Below the pieces are notes generated by a model. It did no database searches and was not told the DNA's origin. It saw only the letters and a list, made by a program, of their open reading frames with translations. A DNA stretch of 64,000 nt, taken from positions 1,302 through 65,301 of the forward strand of contig PBTH01000009.1 of NCBI GenBank assembly GCA_002726495.1, read 5' to 3'. This document shows, piece by piece, positions 1 to 10,000 of the stretch. How positions within the stretch are numbered: position 1 is the first letter of the stretch; every line of letters begins with the position of its first letter. Source of the stretch: Methanobacteriota archaeon. GTDB lineage: Archaea; Thermoplasmatota; Poseidoniia; Poseidoniales; Poseidoniaceae. The position numbers and the translations under genes were made by a program.

Positions 1-3000
1 GTGCGGATGCATTCCCATCAGAAAGCACTCAATGGGCAGATGGTGATTATGATGGATACGGTGATAATTCAGCAGGTACAAATCCTGATGGCTGCCCTTC
101 TGCAGCTGGAAATTCAACCGCTGACCGGTTCGGATGCACGGATTCGGATGGCGACGGTTATTCAAATCCTGATTCAGGATGGACAACATCCAACGGTGCA
201 GATTCGTGCACCTCTACATCAGGAACCTCTGACCAAGACCGCAATGGATGTGTGGATACGGACGGAGATGGATATTCAGACCCCGATTCAGGTTGGACCG
301 TTTCAAACGGCGCTGACGCCTTCGCTTCCGACAGTTCACAATGGTCTGACACCGATGGTGATGGATTCGGTGATAACTCACCTCCCGCTACGAACGGAGA
401 CAATTGCCCCAATGATGTTGGAACCTCATCACAAGACCGCAATGGATGTGCGGATACGGATGGCGACGGATATTCCGACCCTGATTCATTATGGACGGTC
501 GCAGACGGTGCTGATTCCTTCGTTTCAGACGCTTCGCAATGGGCAGATAGTGATGGTGACGGATACGGGGACAATTCAACAGGAACAAATCCAGATGCCT
601 GTCCTTCCGTTGCAGGTACTTCGACCAACACAGGAAGTTTGGGTTGTCCTGACGCGGATGGAGACGGGTATGCTAACATTGACGACCCATTCCCCGCGGA
701 AGCAACGCAATGGGCAGACAGCGATAACGATGGCTTTGGTGACGAGATAACTGGATTCCAGGGAGACAATTGTCCTTCTACGGCTGGCTCATCAACCAGA
801 GACCGATTCGGTTGTCCTGACACCGATGGAGACGGTTCTTCGGATGCCGACTCTGGTTGGACAATTGCGAACGGAGCAGACCTTGACCCGAACGATTCAA
901 CCCAATGGGTCGACACAGATGGAGACGGATACGGGGACAACCCCACAGGAACAAACGGTGACGGTTGTCCCAATGATGTAGGGAATTCTACTCATGACAG
1001 ATTTGGATGTACTGATAGCGATGGAGACGGTTACTCAGACCCTGATGCGGGATGGACCATAGCAGACGGTGCTGACGCCTATGCAAGCGATGGAACTCGC
1101 TGGGGTGATGCTGATAACGACGGATACGACGACACCATCGACGATGATTGTCCCAATATCGCAGGAACTTCCGTCGAGGACAGGAAAGGATGTCCGGACC
1201 AAGACGGTGATGGATATTCCGACCCGGATTCTTCGTGGGGGGCGGCCGATGGTGCCGATGCCTTCATGGCTGAACCATCTCAATGGAACGATACCGACGG
1301 TGACGGCTACGGGGACAATATCGGAGGAAGCCTGCCAGATCATTGCCCCAATGAATTTGGAACATCATGGCAAAATGCAACCTACGGATGCATTGATTTT
1401 GACCAAGATGGTTGGGCCGATATTCAAGACAGTCATCCTAACGAACAAACACAGTGGGCTGATGTTGATGGTGACGGATACGGAGATAACCCCGGTGGTA
1501 TCTTCGCAGATGCTTGTGTGAACACGGCAGGAAATTCAACCCTCGGCAACCGATATGGGTGCCTTGATAACGACGGCGATGGATGGGACAACTCCCTCGA
1601 TGCTCTACCTGACCTTGCGACCCAATGGCTTGACCAAGATAATGACGGATACGGGGACAATGCGAGTGGACTTCAACCGGATGCTTGCCCTGGAGAGGCT
1701 GGGACCTCAACAATCGATCGTTACGGCTGTATAGACAGTGATAGCGATGGTGTCTCAAATCTTACCGACGCATTTCCTAATGAGCCAACGCAGTGGTCCG
1801 ATATCGATAATGATGGATTCGGGGACAACCCCAGTGGAGTTCAGGCCGACGCATGTCCAAATGTCACAGGGACCTCACTCATCGACCGAATCGGGTGCTT
1901 GGACAGTGACAGCGATGGCGTGTCAGACCCCACACCAGCGTTTGACAATACAAGTGCTTGGAACGTCAGTGACGGAGCTGATGCACTGCCTCTTGAAGTC
2001 ACACAAAGTATTGACACTGATGGTGATGGATACGGCGAGAACGCATCAGGACTGAATCCTGATGCATGTCCAACTACGGCAGGAACCTCGACGATTGACC
2101 GCTACGGTTGCGTGGACGGTGATGGTGATGGCGCATCTGATGCCAACGACCTTTTCCTGAGCGATGCAACGCAATGGTACGATGGTGACGGTGACGGTTA
2201 CGGTGATAATCCGGACGGAAACAACGCAGATGATTGTAACAGCACTGTGGGAACATCAACCATCGACCGATTCGGTTGTGTGGACACAGATAGCGATGGA
2301 ATCAGTGATGAAAACGATGTGTGGCCAAACGATGAGACGCAGTGGTACGATACCGACGGTGACGGCTACGGGAACGAAGCGAGTGGAACCAACGGAGATG
2401 CGTGCCCAATGGAGAACGGTACCTCAACGAAGGCTGGAAAACTCGGCTGCTTGGATACGGACGGTGACGGATGGGCTGATGTTGACGATTGGTTCCCTCT
2501 CCAACGAAGCCAATACTTTGACGGTGACAATGACGGATGGGGAGACAATGCGACACTTGGAGCATACAAACCCGACCACTGGCCAAATGACGCTCAACGG
2601 AACTCTGCTGAAGGGTCAATGACATGCACTCCAACAAAAATTTCAATCGATTTGGCAGCACAAACCTACATCGACTTCAGTTGTACTGTTAGCACAACCA
2701 TGACGACCTCATTTGCTGCAAGAGTTGAGTGGCAAGGAACCAACGATGTCATCGCTGATTCAACCGTCCAATACCTTACGTTTACACCAGATACTGGAAA
2801 CAGTCAGATTGTGACATTCACAGGAAATGTTCAGGACATTGGAACGCATCAGATTCTTCTGTCGGTTCGCGAACCAGGTGCGGAGAATCCAATGGATACT
2901 GTCACGGTTAAGATCACCACAGTTGACTCAAACATACCCGACACGGTAGCAACCGATGAAAACGCTGCATCGCTTTCCAAATTGATGGAGAACCCGCTGG

Positions 3001-3242
3001 CGCAAGCATCTGTTGGAATTTTGGTATTGTTCGTCCTCATGGGCGCACTTATTTTGAGAGGACGTGGTAAGAATGCGAGGTCAGAAGAACGTCGTCGAGC
3101 GGCAGCTGAAGAATTAATGGGCAATCGGGGAGTGGAAATAGTTCCCACCCCGCGATTGATTTCAGAACGTCAAAACCGCTCAGCACCACCCGTTCAAAGA
3201 GCGCGCAGTCGGTCAATGTTTGAAGAATACCGACGAAAGTGA
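1..3242 (+). CDS. Thrombospondin type-3 (Ca-binding DxDxDGxxD) repeat surface protein, with the 5' end off-window and a C-terminal TM anchor
   Basis: Frame 3 is open from base 3 (ADAFPSESTQWADGDYDGYGDN...), so the listed ORF 252..3242 only marks the first in-frame GTG. It has at least 14 units of D.DGDGYSDPDSGW...QW.D.DGDG.GDN...D.CP...G.S..DR.GC. A non-repeat domain, a hydrophobic anchor (ASVGILVLFVLMGALIL) and a basic tail follow. Confidence 0.8.
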   Translation, partial: ADAFPSESTQWADGDYDGYGDNSAGTNPDGCPSAAGNSTADRFGCTDSDGDGYSNPDSGWTTSNGADSCTSTSGTSDQDRNGCVDTDGDGYSDPDSGWTVSNGADAFASDSSQWSDTDGDGFGDNSPPATNGDNCPNDVGTSSQDRNGCADTDGDGYSDPDSLWTVADGADSFVSDASQWADSDGDGYGDNSTGTNPDACPSVAGTSTNTGSLGCPDADGDGYANIDDPFPAEATQWADSDNDGFGDEITGFQGDNCPSTAGSSTRDRFGCPDTDGDGSSDADSGWTIANGADLDPNDSTQWVDTDGDGYGDNPTGTNGDGCPNDVGNSTHDRFGCTDSDGDGYSDPDAGWTIADGADAYASDGTRWGDADNDGYDDTIDDDCPNIAGTSVEDRKGCPDQDGDGYSDPDSSWGAADGADAFMAEPSQWNDTDGDGYGDNIGGSLPDHCPNEFGTSWQNATYGCIDFDQDGWADIQDSHPNEQTQWADVDGDGYGDNPGGIFADACVNTAGNSTLGNRYGCLDNDGDGWDNSLDALPDLATQWLDQDNDGYGDNASGLQPDACPGEAGTSTIDRYGCIDSDSDGVSNLTDAFPNEPTQWSDIDNDGFGDNPSGVQADACPNVTGTSLIDRIGCLDSDSDGVSDPTPAFDNTSAWNVSDGADALPLEVTQSIDTDGDGYGENASGLNPDACPTTAGTSTIDRYGCVDGDGDGASDANDLFLSDATQWYDGDGDGYGDNPDGNNADDCNSTVGTSTIDRFGCVDTDSDGISDENDVWPNDETQWYDTDGDGYGNEASGTNGDACPMENGTSTKAGKLGCLDTDGDGWADVDDWFPLQRSQYFDGDNDGWGDNATLGAYKPDHWPNDAQRNSAEGSMTCTPTKISIDLAAQTYIDFSCTVSTTMTTSFAARVEWQGTNDVIADSTVQYLTFTPDTGNSQIVTFTGNVQDIGTHQILLSVREPGAENPMDTVTVKITTVDSNIPDTVATDENAASLSKLMENPLAQASVGILVLFVLMGALILRGRGKNARSEERRRAAAEELMGNRGVEIVPTPRLISERQNRSAPPVQRARSRSMFEEYRRK
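3..2600 (+). repeat. Tandem coding repeats (TSP3-like units of about 63-70 aa, roughly 190-210 nt)
   Basis: The CP...G.S...R.GC.D.DGDG motif recurs at least 14 times. The long shadow ORFs in the other frames and strand here come from this periodic composition. Confidence 0.8.
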
Positions 3243-3303
3243 TGAAGTAAAAACTCAACCGATTGACTCAAAGAGGAGTGGTTGCTCGGAGGGACGCTAC
3301 ACT

Positions 3304-3374
3304 GCGGATATGGTGAAGTGGTATCATAGGAGGTTTCCAACCTTTTGTCGTGGGTTCAACTCCCGCTATCCGCA
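3304..3374 (+). tRNA. tRNA-Gly (anticodon UCC)
   Basis: Hand-folded cloverleaf. The acceptor stem is GCGGATA/TATCCGC and the D stem is GTGA/TCAT. The anticodon stem GGAGG/CCTTT carries loop TTTCCAA (anticodon TCC). The T stem GTGGG/CCCGC carries loop TTCAACT. The discriminator is A, followed by CC. Confidence 0.85.
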
Positions 3375-3480
3375 CCTTCTAGCTCACATCCTGCGAACGC
3401 TCTGCTTCTTCCTCGCAACAATCAAAGGCTATACGCTACGAGATTAGGCCATACCCTAAACGGCTCAGTAGGTTTTCGCA

Positions 3481-4134
3481 ATGAATCTGTTTTTCCTTTG
3501 TCTGCTAACTCTCTGGCTCTACCTCCCCGGTTTCTTGGCTAACACCTTCGCGATGATGTGGGGGAAATGGCTTCCGAAAACAGGTTATGGACCTTGGCCA
3601 ATTGATGGAGGGAGAGAGTGGAAGGATGGAAATCGTATACTCGGAGATGGAAAGACATGGAACGGACTTATTGGAGGCTCAATGACATCGGGGCTTCTTT
3701 GCATGCTCATGGTCGCCATTGTTGATGATGGTGGAATGGCGACGGTGTTTGATGACGGTTCAACCGTATTTGCGTCGCCGCTAACCGGTTCGGCTGGTGC
3801 ATGGTTTGCGATTGGAGGCATGTACGTTACTGCGTTCATACTCGGTACATTCCTTGGCTTTGCTTGTTTGTTCGGTGACAGTTGCGGTTCCTTTGTAAAG
3901 AGACGACGAGGACTCAAAAGGGAGGGTGATGTTTCGTCCAAAGCACCCTTGCTCGACACGCTTCCTTTCGCCATCATGGTGTTTGTTTTCGGTCAACTCT
4001 TTCTTGGAACCTCTGCTCTCGCAGCACCAGAACTCCGTATCCCAATGCTCGTCTTAATCCTCATCACTCCTTTGTTGCACCGAAGTTTCAATTTGATTGG
4101 ATACAAAATCGGATGGAAAGATGTACCGTATTGA
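3481..4134 (+). CDS. carS: CDP-archaeol synthase (CarS, DUF46 family)
   Basis: Multi-TM protein with PIDGGREWKDGNRILGDGKTWNGLIGG and GDSCGSFVKRRRGLKREG...PLLDTLPF, which match the CarS signature as I recall it. Confidence 0.8.
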   Translation: MNLFFLCLLTLWLYLPGFLANTFAMMWGKWLPKTGYGPWPIDGGREWKDGNRILGDGKTWNGLIGGSMTSGLLCMLMVAIVDDGGMATVFDDGSTVFASPLTGSAGAWFAIGGMYVTAFILGTFLGFACLFGDSCGSFVKRRRGLKREGDVSSKAPLLDTLPFAIMVFVFGQLFLGTSALAAPELRIPMLVLILITPLLHRSFNLIGYKIGWKDVPY

Positions 4135-5833
4135 TGGCCAACGGCGCCTAAGGTACGAAACGAATCTTGATGAACAACAAACCCGACAATGGCTCATGGA
4201 AGAAGAGATGATGACGCCAAGTAAGCATTGGCGGTCATCTCCATTTTGGCGACCAATGCTCTTCTTCACGGGGTTTTTAGTGGCATTCAGTGAGGCGATT
4301 GTACGGCTCATTCAAGGAACAGGAGTGATCGATGCCATTTGGCCCCATGCCGTTCGTTCACTCGATTGGACAGTATGGTTGCGCACCTCTACTGAACAGA
4401 CCTTGACGTTGTTCATACTGATTAGCATCGGAGCCTTTTTCCTCAACAAATGGAAGGTCTCATCTCCCAATCAGAATGCGATTGATGAAGGACTTATGAT
4501 CGCCACCGGCGTTGTTAGTGGATTGATAGCAATACATTTCGTAATGGACATCTTTTACTTGAAGGGAGCATTTCTCATGCTGCCGATGCTCTACGCTTGG
4601 TTGCTCTTGTGGCTGCTGCTTATGGTTGGAGGCATGCCACGACTGCGAACCTCTGCCCTGGAAGGAACCACGCCAGCCAGAGTGATTCATTTGATAGGCG
4701 TATTTGTCGCAGCTTGGATGCTCATGCCAGGCGTCCCTGCCCTCGTGGGATTTGCACCGTCTCCACCCGATGCTCCAGCAATTGGGTATGGCTCAAATCC
4801 AGGTCCTTACGAGACCATAAGATTCTCAGAACCCTATGATATGCCAGTAGATGTTGCAGCAATTCAGGGTGATCGAGAGGATGATGTTGTGTTCTCCGTA
4901 CATGTAACACTTCCACTTCTACCCGATGAATCCCCCATACAAACCATCCCCTTGGGCATCTTATTGCACGGTTTTGGATACCCAGACCTTGATGCATACA
5001 CCTACTGGATTGACCATCTTTCAGCAAAAGGGATGGCTGTAGCATTGGTGCAGTATCCCTCGGATTTACGTCCTGCTGGGTACGAATCCTTTGAGGCGGT
5101 TGATGTTAACGGGACATCGGATTTTCTCCAACATGCATACCGTGACACTGCGATACGCGTTGCGATCAATCACCTTGAAACCATGATCATTGGCGAGAAC
5201 AGGTCTCAAGAAATGGAAGACAATCTTGGCAACAGAACGGTAGATCCAACCTCGCTCTGGGTTGGAGGTCATAGTTTAGGTGGGGCCTACACCTTCATCA
5301 CTTTGGATGAAGTGCTCCCCAAAGGCTGGGGCTCTCATGCTCTTGTTGTCGCGTTGGAATCTCCTGCGAGTCGCCCAATGGGGGACTTCATGGAACCAGA
5401 TTTGAGCAATTTACCCCTGAACACCATGGTTCAAGTTGCTGTTACAGAAGATGACATGAGTGTTGGAAGTTGTCCCGGTGTATTTCATCAGCAGATGTTT
5501 AACGCTCTACCAAGCGAACGAAATCAGTTGATAGAAGTGCATTCCGACCAATATGGATTCCCGCGACTTATTGCGAGCCACTACCTCCAAACCAACCCTG
5601 CTCATGACCGCTTATCGGATTGGGGCTTTTACCGTCGTATCGACGCTCAGGCTGATTTCCTCGTTGCGCACGGGAGAAACGACTCGTTTACCGCTGACTG
5701 GGCCTATCAATACATGATCGAAAAAGAAACCTTAACGCAAATGGGGCAATGGTCGGATGGAACTCCAGTTCTCCCTCTCTCTGTTTACCATGATGCGCTC
5801 AATACCGAAGATCGTTTTTCTGCCTGCACATGA
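4097..5833 (+). CDS. Membrane-anchored alpha/beta hydrolase (lipase, chlorophyllase or PAF-acetylhydrolase-like)
   Basis: The N-terminal ~200 aa hold several hydrophobic helices. Next comes LGILLHGFGYPDLDAYTYWIDHLSAKGMAVALVQYP and the nucleophile elbow VGGHSLGGAY. The start is uncertain, with in-frame ATGs at 4097, 4121 and 4196, and 4097 overlaps the end of carS. Confidence 0.6.
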   Translation: MDTKSDGKMYRIDGQRRLRYETNLDEQQTRQWLMEEEMMTPSKHWRSSPFWRPMLFFTGFLVAFSEAIVRLIQGTGVIDAIWPHAVRSLDWTVWLRTSTEQTLTLFILISIGAFFLNKWKVSSPNQNAIDEGLMIATGVVSGLIAIHFVMDIFYLKGAFLMLPMLYAWLLLWLLLMVGGMPRLRTSALEGTTPARVIHLIGVFVAAWMLMPGVPALVGFAPSPPDAPAIGYGSNPGPYETIRFSEPYDMPVDVAAIQGDREDDVVFSVHVTLPLLPDESPIQTIPLGILLHGFGYPDLDAYTYWIDHLSAKGMAVALVQYPSDLRPAGYESFEAVDVNGTSDFLQHAYRDTAIRVAINHLETMIIGENRSQEMEDNLGNRTVDPTSLWVGGHSLGGAYTFITLDEVLPKGWGSHALVVALESPASRPMGDFMEPDLSNLPLNTMVQVAVTEDDMSVGSCPGVFHQQMFNALPSERNQLIEVHSDQYGFPRLIASHYLQTNPAHDRLSDWGFYRRIDAQADFLVAHGRNDSFTADWAYQYMIEKETLTQMGQWSDGTPVLPLSVYHDALNTEDRFSACT

Positions 5834-5870
5834 AACAATGCTTCAAAAGCACACGGCATGATTTAGACCC

Positions 5871-6296
5871 ATGAGCGGCGAAGCTACAGCGAACGATGTC
5901 CGCTCCCTATGGAAACTCATCGGGGGGTCTGCATTCATGGCCTCAATGTGTTGCTTTCCCAGCGTAGTCCTCGTTTTCTTTGGACTGGCGAGCGTTTCAA
6001 CCGCAGCTGCTCTTTCCGACAACCTCTATTGGGGATACAACGGAATGGGATGGTTTCGACCGCTCCTTCTCATCGCATCGACCATGATGGTCGTTGTTGG
6101 CTTGGTCGTGTATTTCAGAAAAGAAGGAATCTGTTCACTCGATGAAGCAAAACGACAACGACAGAGGGTCATCAACACCAGTTTATTCGTAGGAACCTTC
6201 ACCGTAGCACTCTACATCTTATTCAATTACGTGATTCTTACCGAACTCGGCATTGCACTTGAACTCCCATGGGAGTCAAGCAGACTGTGGAACTGA
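5871..6296 (+). CDS. Small 3-TM membrane protein with a vicinal Cys-Cys motif (MerF/MerT-like?)
   Basis: MCCFPSVVLVFFGLASVS resembles the MerF CCFTPVLV helix-1 motif, but the second Cys pair is absent. Confidence 0.3.
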   Translation: MSGEATANDVRSLWKLIGGSAFMASMCCFPSVVLVFFGLASVSTAAALSDNLYWGYNGMGWFRPLLLIASTMMVVVGLVVYFRKEGICSLDEAKRQRQRVINTSLFVGTFTVALYILFNYVILTELGIALELPWESSRLWN

Positions 6297-6298
6297 GT

Positions 6299-7081
6299 TC
6301 ACACATTTCCCCTGTTTGTCTTACACCCTACGCCCCAATCAGGGTCGCTCTCCATTGCCGAACGAGTCGCTTCCAATAATCGGTCTTCCGCAGTAACCAA
6401 ATGCTCGGATTTCAAGCGGATTGCTAGGCTCAATTGGAAGTCACTTTCTGTCCAACTTACCAATTGAATTTTTGAATTTTCAATTGAAATATTTTGATTA
6501 TTTTGTCCAATTGAAACTTTAATTTTGCGAGGATTAAGATGCATTCCTTTTCGCATGGCTTTTTGCACTGCTTCCTTTGCGGTCCACAAGAACATGGAGG
6601 CGTTTGGTTGCTGACGGAGTTGCTCAAGTTCATCTCCAGTGGACATCATATCAAAGGCATTTGCTGCAAGGGAACGAGAGCTCGGCTCAGCATCGATACC
6701 CACATCCATACTGGAATCGGCAAGAGCAACGAACACATGACCTCCGCTGTGTGAGATTGAAATTGAGGGAAGCGGTAAATTCAGCCACATGCCCTGCAAG
6801 TAGGCGACTCGTGGAGCACGTTCTTGATTACGAAGGATATGGAGGACACTCAAATCTTCAATGCCCCACGATTTGAGGGCGTGCCCCAACAACCATCGTC
6901 CACTCATGTGCTCATCGTTTCGCTTCTGCGTCGCAAAAGTAGCCACTTCATCTGCATTCGCGAGTGGTACTTCACGAAGTTCAAAGGTGTGAACTGGCAT
7001 GCTATAGGCACGAACTCCCAGTGATTCAAAAGTCGGGTGGTTTAATTCCACAATCTGGCGTTCCATGCGCTCACCGATCAT
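6299..7081 (-). CDS. Sfp-type 4'-phosphopantetheinyl transferase (PfaE-like)
   Basis: It carries VGIDAEP and WTAKEAVQKA, matching the PPTase G(I/V)D and (F/W)xxKE(S/A)xxK motifs. Its ATG overlaps the megasynthase stop as ATGA (7078-7081). An alternative ATG lies at 7066. Confidence 0.75.
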   Translation of the reverse strand: MIGERMERQIVELNHPTFESLGVRAYSMPVHTFELREVPLANADEVATFATQKRNDEHMSGRWLLGHALKSWGIEDLSVLHILRNQERAPRVAYLQGMWLNLPLPSISISHSGGHVFVALADSSMDVGIDAEPSSRSLAANAFDMMSTGDELEQLRQQPNASMFLWTAKEAVQKAMRKGMHLNPRKIKVSIGQNNQNISIENSKIQLVSWTESDFQLSLAIRLKSEHLVTAEDRLLEATRSAMESDPDWGVGCKTNRGNV

Positions 7082-10000
7082 CGAACAAATTCAACACTGT
7101 GTTCGTCCGCCACGGGTGCCATCGCCTTCAACCGCAGCCCCTTCATGGCGAGCACTGGAGCATCATCATCGCCGACGATAACAACATCGTGAACGGTGAC
7201 TCCTTCATCATCCGATGAGGTTTGTATGCTACGAAGACGTAGACTCTCATCGCTTTCAGGAACTCGGAGCATTGTTGACCATTGAATCCCAACAGGCAGG
7301 CTACTGAAGCCCTTTGACTCCATAGCCACCAAGCCTGCGTTTTGGAAGCCTGCTTCAATCAGCATCGGCAAGGCTTCGAGCAACACCTGTTCCCCATTGC
7401 TCTCAATAGAAAATTGGTCGGTCTGCGGAAGTTGATGACGCATCAAAGCACGCCCATCAATACCTGGATGTTCATCGTCTCCAACACCTCTTAGCACACC
7501 TCCATGCGATTGGAATCGTGGGCCATGGAAGTAGCGCTGATAGATGAAATCGGGACGTTGAATCAATTCGCCTGATGGGGGTATGCCAATCTCTGGAAGC
7601 AGATTGACCTCGCGATCAAGGAATGGACAAAGGTCGTCGCATTTCTCTACCAAACGAACGAGAGCTGTGTGATGCTCACGCTCACCAAAGACTTCCCCTT
7701 TGGAATTTGCAAGGTCTGAAACAAGCGTGCATCGCACCCAGGTCAAATCACCATCTTTTCGCTCAATCTGAGACACCACACGTACAATCATTGGACCTTT
7801 GAGAAGTTTCACCGGTAGCCCGAAGGTAACCTCTTCATATCCCGCCAAGCATGTTGAGGGGCGCAAAAGGAGTGAATTTTGTGCAAACATTTCCAACGCC
7901 ATGACCCCAGGATGGTAAGGTACTCCGTCGATGGCGTGGTCTGTAAGGAACGGGTGGTCGTCAACTGAAAGGGTGCTTTGCGTGGTCATTGAGGCTCCAT
8001 CCTCAAGGTCGAGGACTTTGTCAATGAATGGGAATCGTGAGGGATCTGCAATTGTTGCAGCCATACTGGGAGGTAATTTCAACGGAGCCTCACGGAATGA
8101 ATCGAAACGATCCATCATACCGAGGGAACCGCATCCAAGTACCCTGCGCTTACCGCCTCGCAATGCCTCATCTACGAAGATATGGACGCCGTCCTCAACA
8201 GAAAGCGTCTCAATTCCTGCTGCCTCAAATACGGCTTCGATTGAACCACGCGTGGCCATGCCAACATCACGCCATCCGGTCCAACCAATGGCAACCGCAC
8301 GGCATGAAGAACTGGCTGTGAGACGAGCCATCTCCGCATCGAGAACTGAATTGGCTGCAGCATAATCCGTCTGACCGCCATTTCCAAACCGTCCCGCTAC
8401 GCTGGTAAAGCAAGAAGCAAACAGTGGATAGTCTCGTCCTGAAGCACGCACTGCACCTAATAGGGCCCTCCATCCATCAATTTTAACACGGACGACGTTG
8501 TCAAATATTTCATGCGATTTATCGCCAACGAGCTTTGAATCTTCAAGACCTGCTCCGTGAACGATACCGGTAATCTCTCTTTCGAGATTCTGGCCAAGGG
8601 ATTCAAGCGCTTCGTAGTCAGTTACATTGACAGAACAATACTCTGCAGTATTGCCGGTCTTGACGATGGTGTCCATCGTGATGAAAACATCCCTGCTACG
8701 AGTGTATTTCTGCCAGGCTTTGTTCCATTCGACCATGGTGACCTTTCCATCATCTGCTGCATCAACCAATCGCTGCCTTAGGGCATTCTTCTCTTCGGCA
8801 AGTTGAGATTCGTCCCATTCGATCCAATGTTCTGTTTCTTCAAGAAGTGCTGAACGACCGAGAAGAACAAAGTGGGCTCCTGCATTTTGGCTTGAAGTTG
8901 CCACTCCGATAACTGAAGCAGCAGTAACTCCGGAGCCGCCACCAGAAACGAGCCAGGTGTCTTCACTGGTAAGCGGCTGTGTTTCTTCAACAAGGTCTTC
9001 TGCAAAGGCTACGAGTGTCCAACGGCGGCCGTCTCGGTCCAAGCCAATTTCTACTTCTCCTCCAAGCGCAAACACATCATGTTCAATCCGTTTTGCGGCG
9101 TCTACCTCCTCAAAGAGAAGTTCTGGATGTAAATCAATGGCTCGGCAGCGCAAGTCTGGGCGTTCAAAGGCATAGGACTTGGTAACGCCTGATGCTGAGC
9201 ATTGGATTGAATTGAAACGTTCACCGATGTTTCCATGCCTCCCATCCATAGCGGTGACGGAGGCGATAATCGCTGGTTTTTCATTTGAAATATGATCATT
9301 CAATTCTTTCAAGAGAGCAAACCACCCATGACCGGCCAGAGCAATCTGTGATGATGGGACGGTGTCTTCCTCCCACTGTGCAGAAGCGATTTTCATCGGA
9401 GCCATGTGGACAAGAGCGCCAATCGTCGTGGCCCGTAGTTGTTCACTGATCCAAGCCACATGCTCAGGTTGTTCTGGGTCAGCCCGATAGACGGTTCGAC
9501 CGCCTTCGTTAAGGACAGATGGTTCTCGGATACTGCTCTCAAAACCAACACGAACAGCATGCAAGCCTCGCGCATCCATGCGCTTGCAAAATGCCTCTGC
9601 GATCCCCCACCCATCGTCGGTAACAACAACGGCCCCATTAATGGTAAGTGGCTCATCAGTTCCTTGACAATCTTCGACTTCAACTTGCCACCTACGAGTT
9701 CCCGAAGGAGTGAACGTATCGGTGGCCGATTCTACTGTGGATTCAACTGGAAGGGGTTCGGATGACGCAGGTGCCGCTGTGGCGCCTCCGGTCATTTTCA
9801 CGATATAGGCGGTGAAATGGTTGAGCGTTGGGTGGTCGGAAAGGACAAAGTCCTCATCCACTGGAAGTGAAAATTTCTCACGTATGTCCCCCATGATTTC
9901 GGCTTGCTTGACGGTATCAATTCCAAGTTCACCTTCCAAATCCTGGTCCATCTCGATGAAATCCGCTGGATAACCCGTATGTTCAACCACGACCTCAATG

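Noticed and set aside
1-2661. Many long ORFs in other frames or on the opposite strand of the TSP3 gene, for example 1..750 +, 158..973 -, 1069..1521 + and 2164..2622 +.
   Set aside because: Their translations are low-complexity mirrors of the GAT/GGT/GAC-rich repeat. Frame 3 gives a coherent, motif-bearing protein over the whole span, so these are shadow ORFs.
3304-3374. tRNA-Gly might be an integration site marking a genomic island that contains the PKS cluster.
   Set aside because: No integrase, no excisionase and no direct repeat of the tRNA 3' half is visible in the window. carS lies between the tRNA and the cluster.
3220-3542. ORFs 3220..3447 + and 3345..3542 +.
   Set aside because: They run straight through the well-folded tRNA-Gly (3304-3374) and the carS promoter region. 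Neither has a recognisable protein motif.
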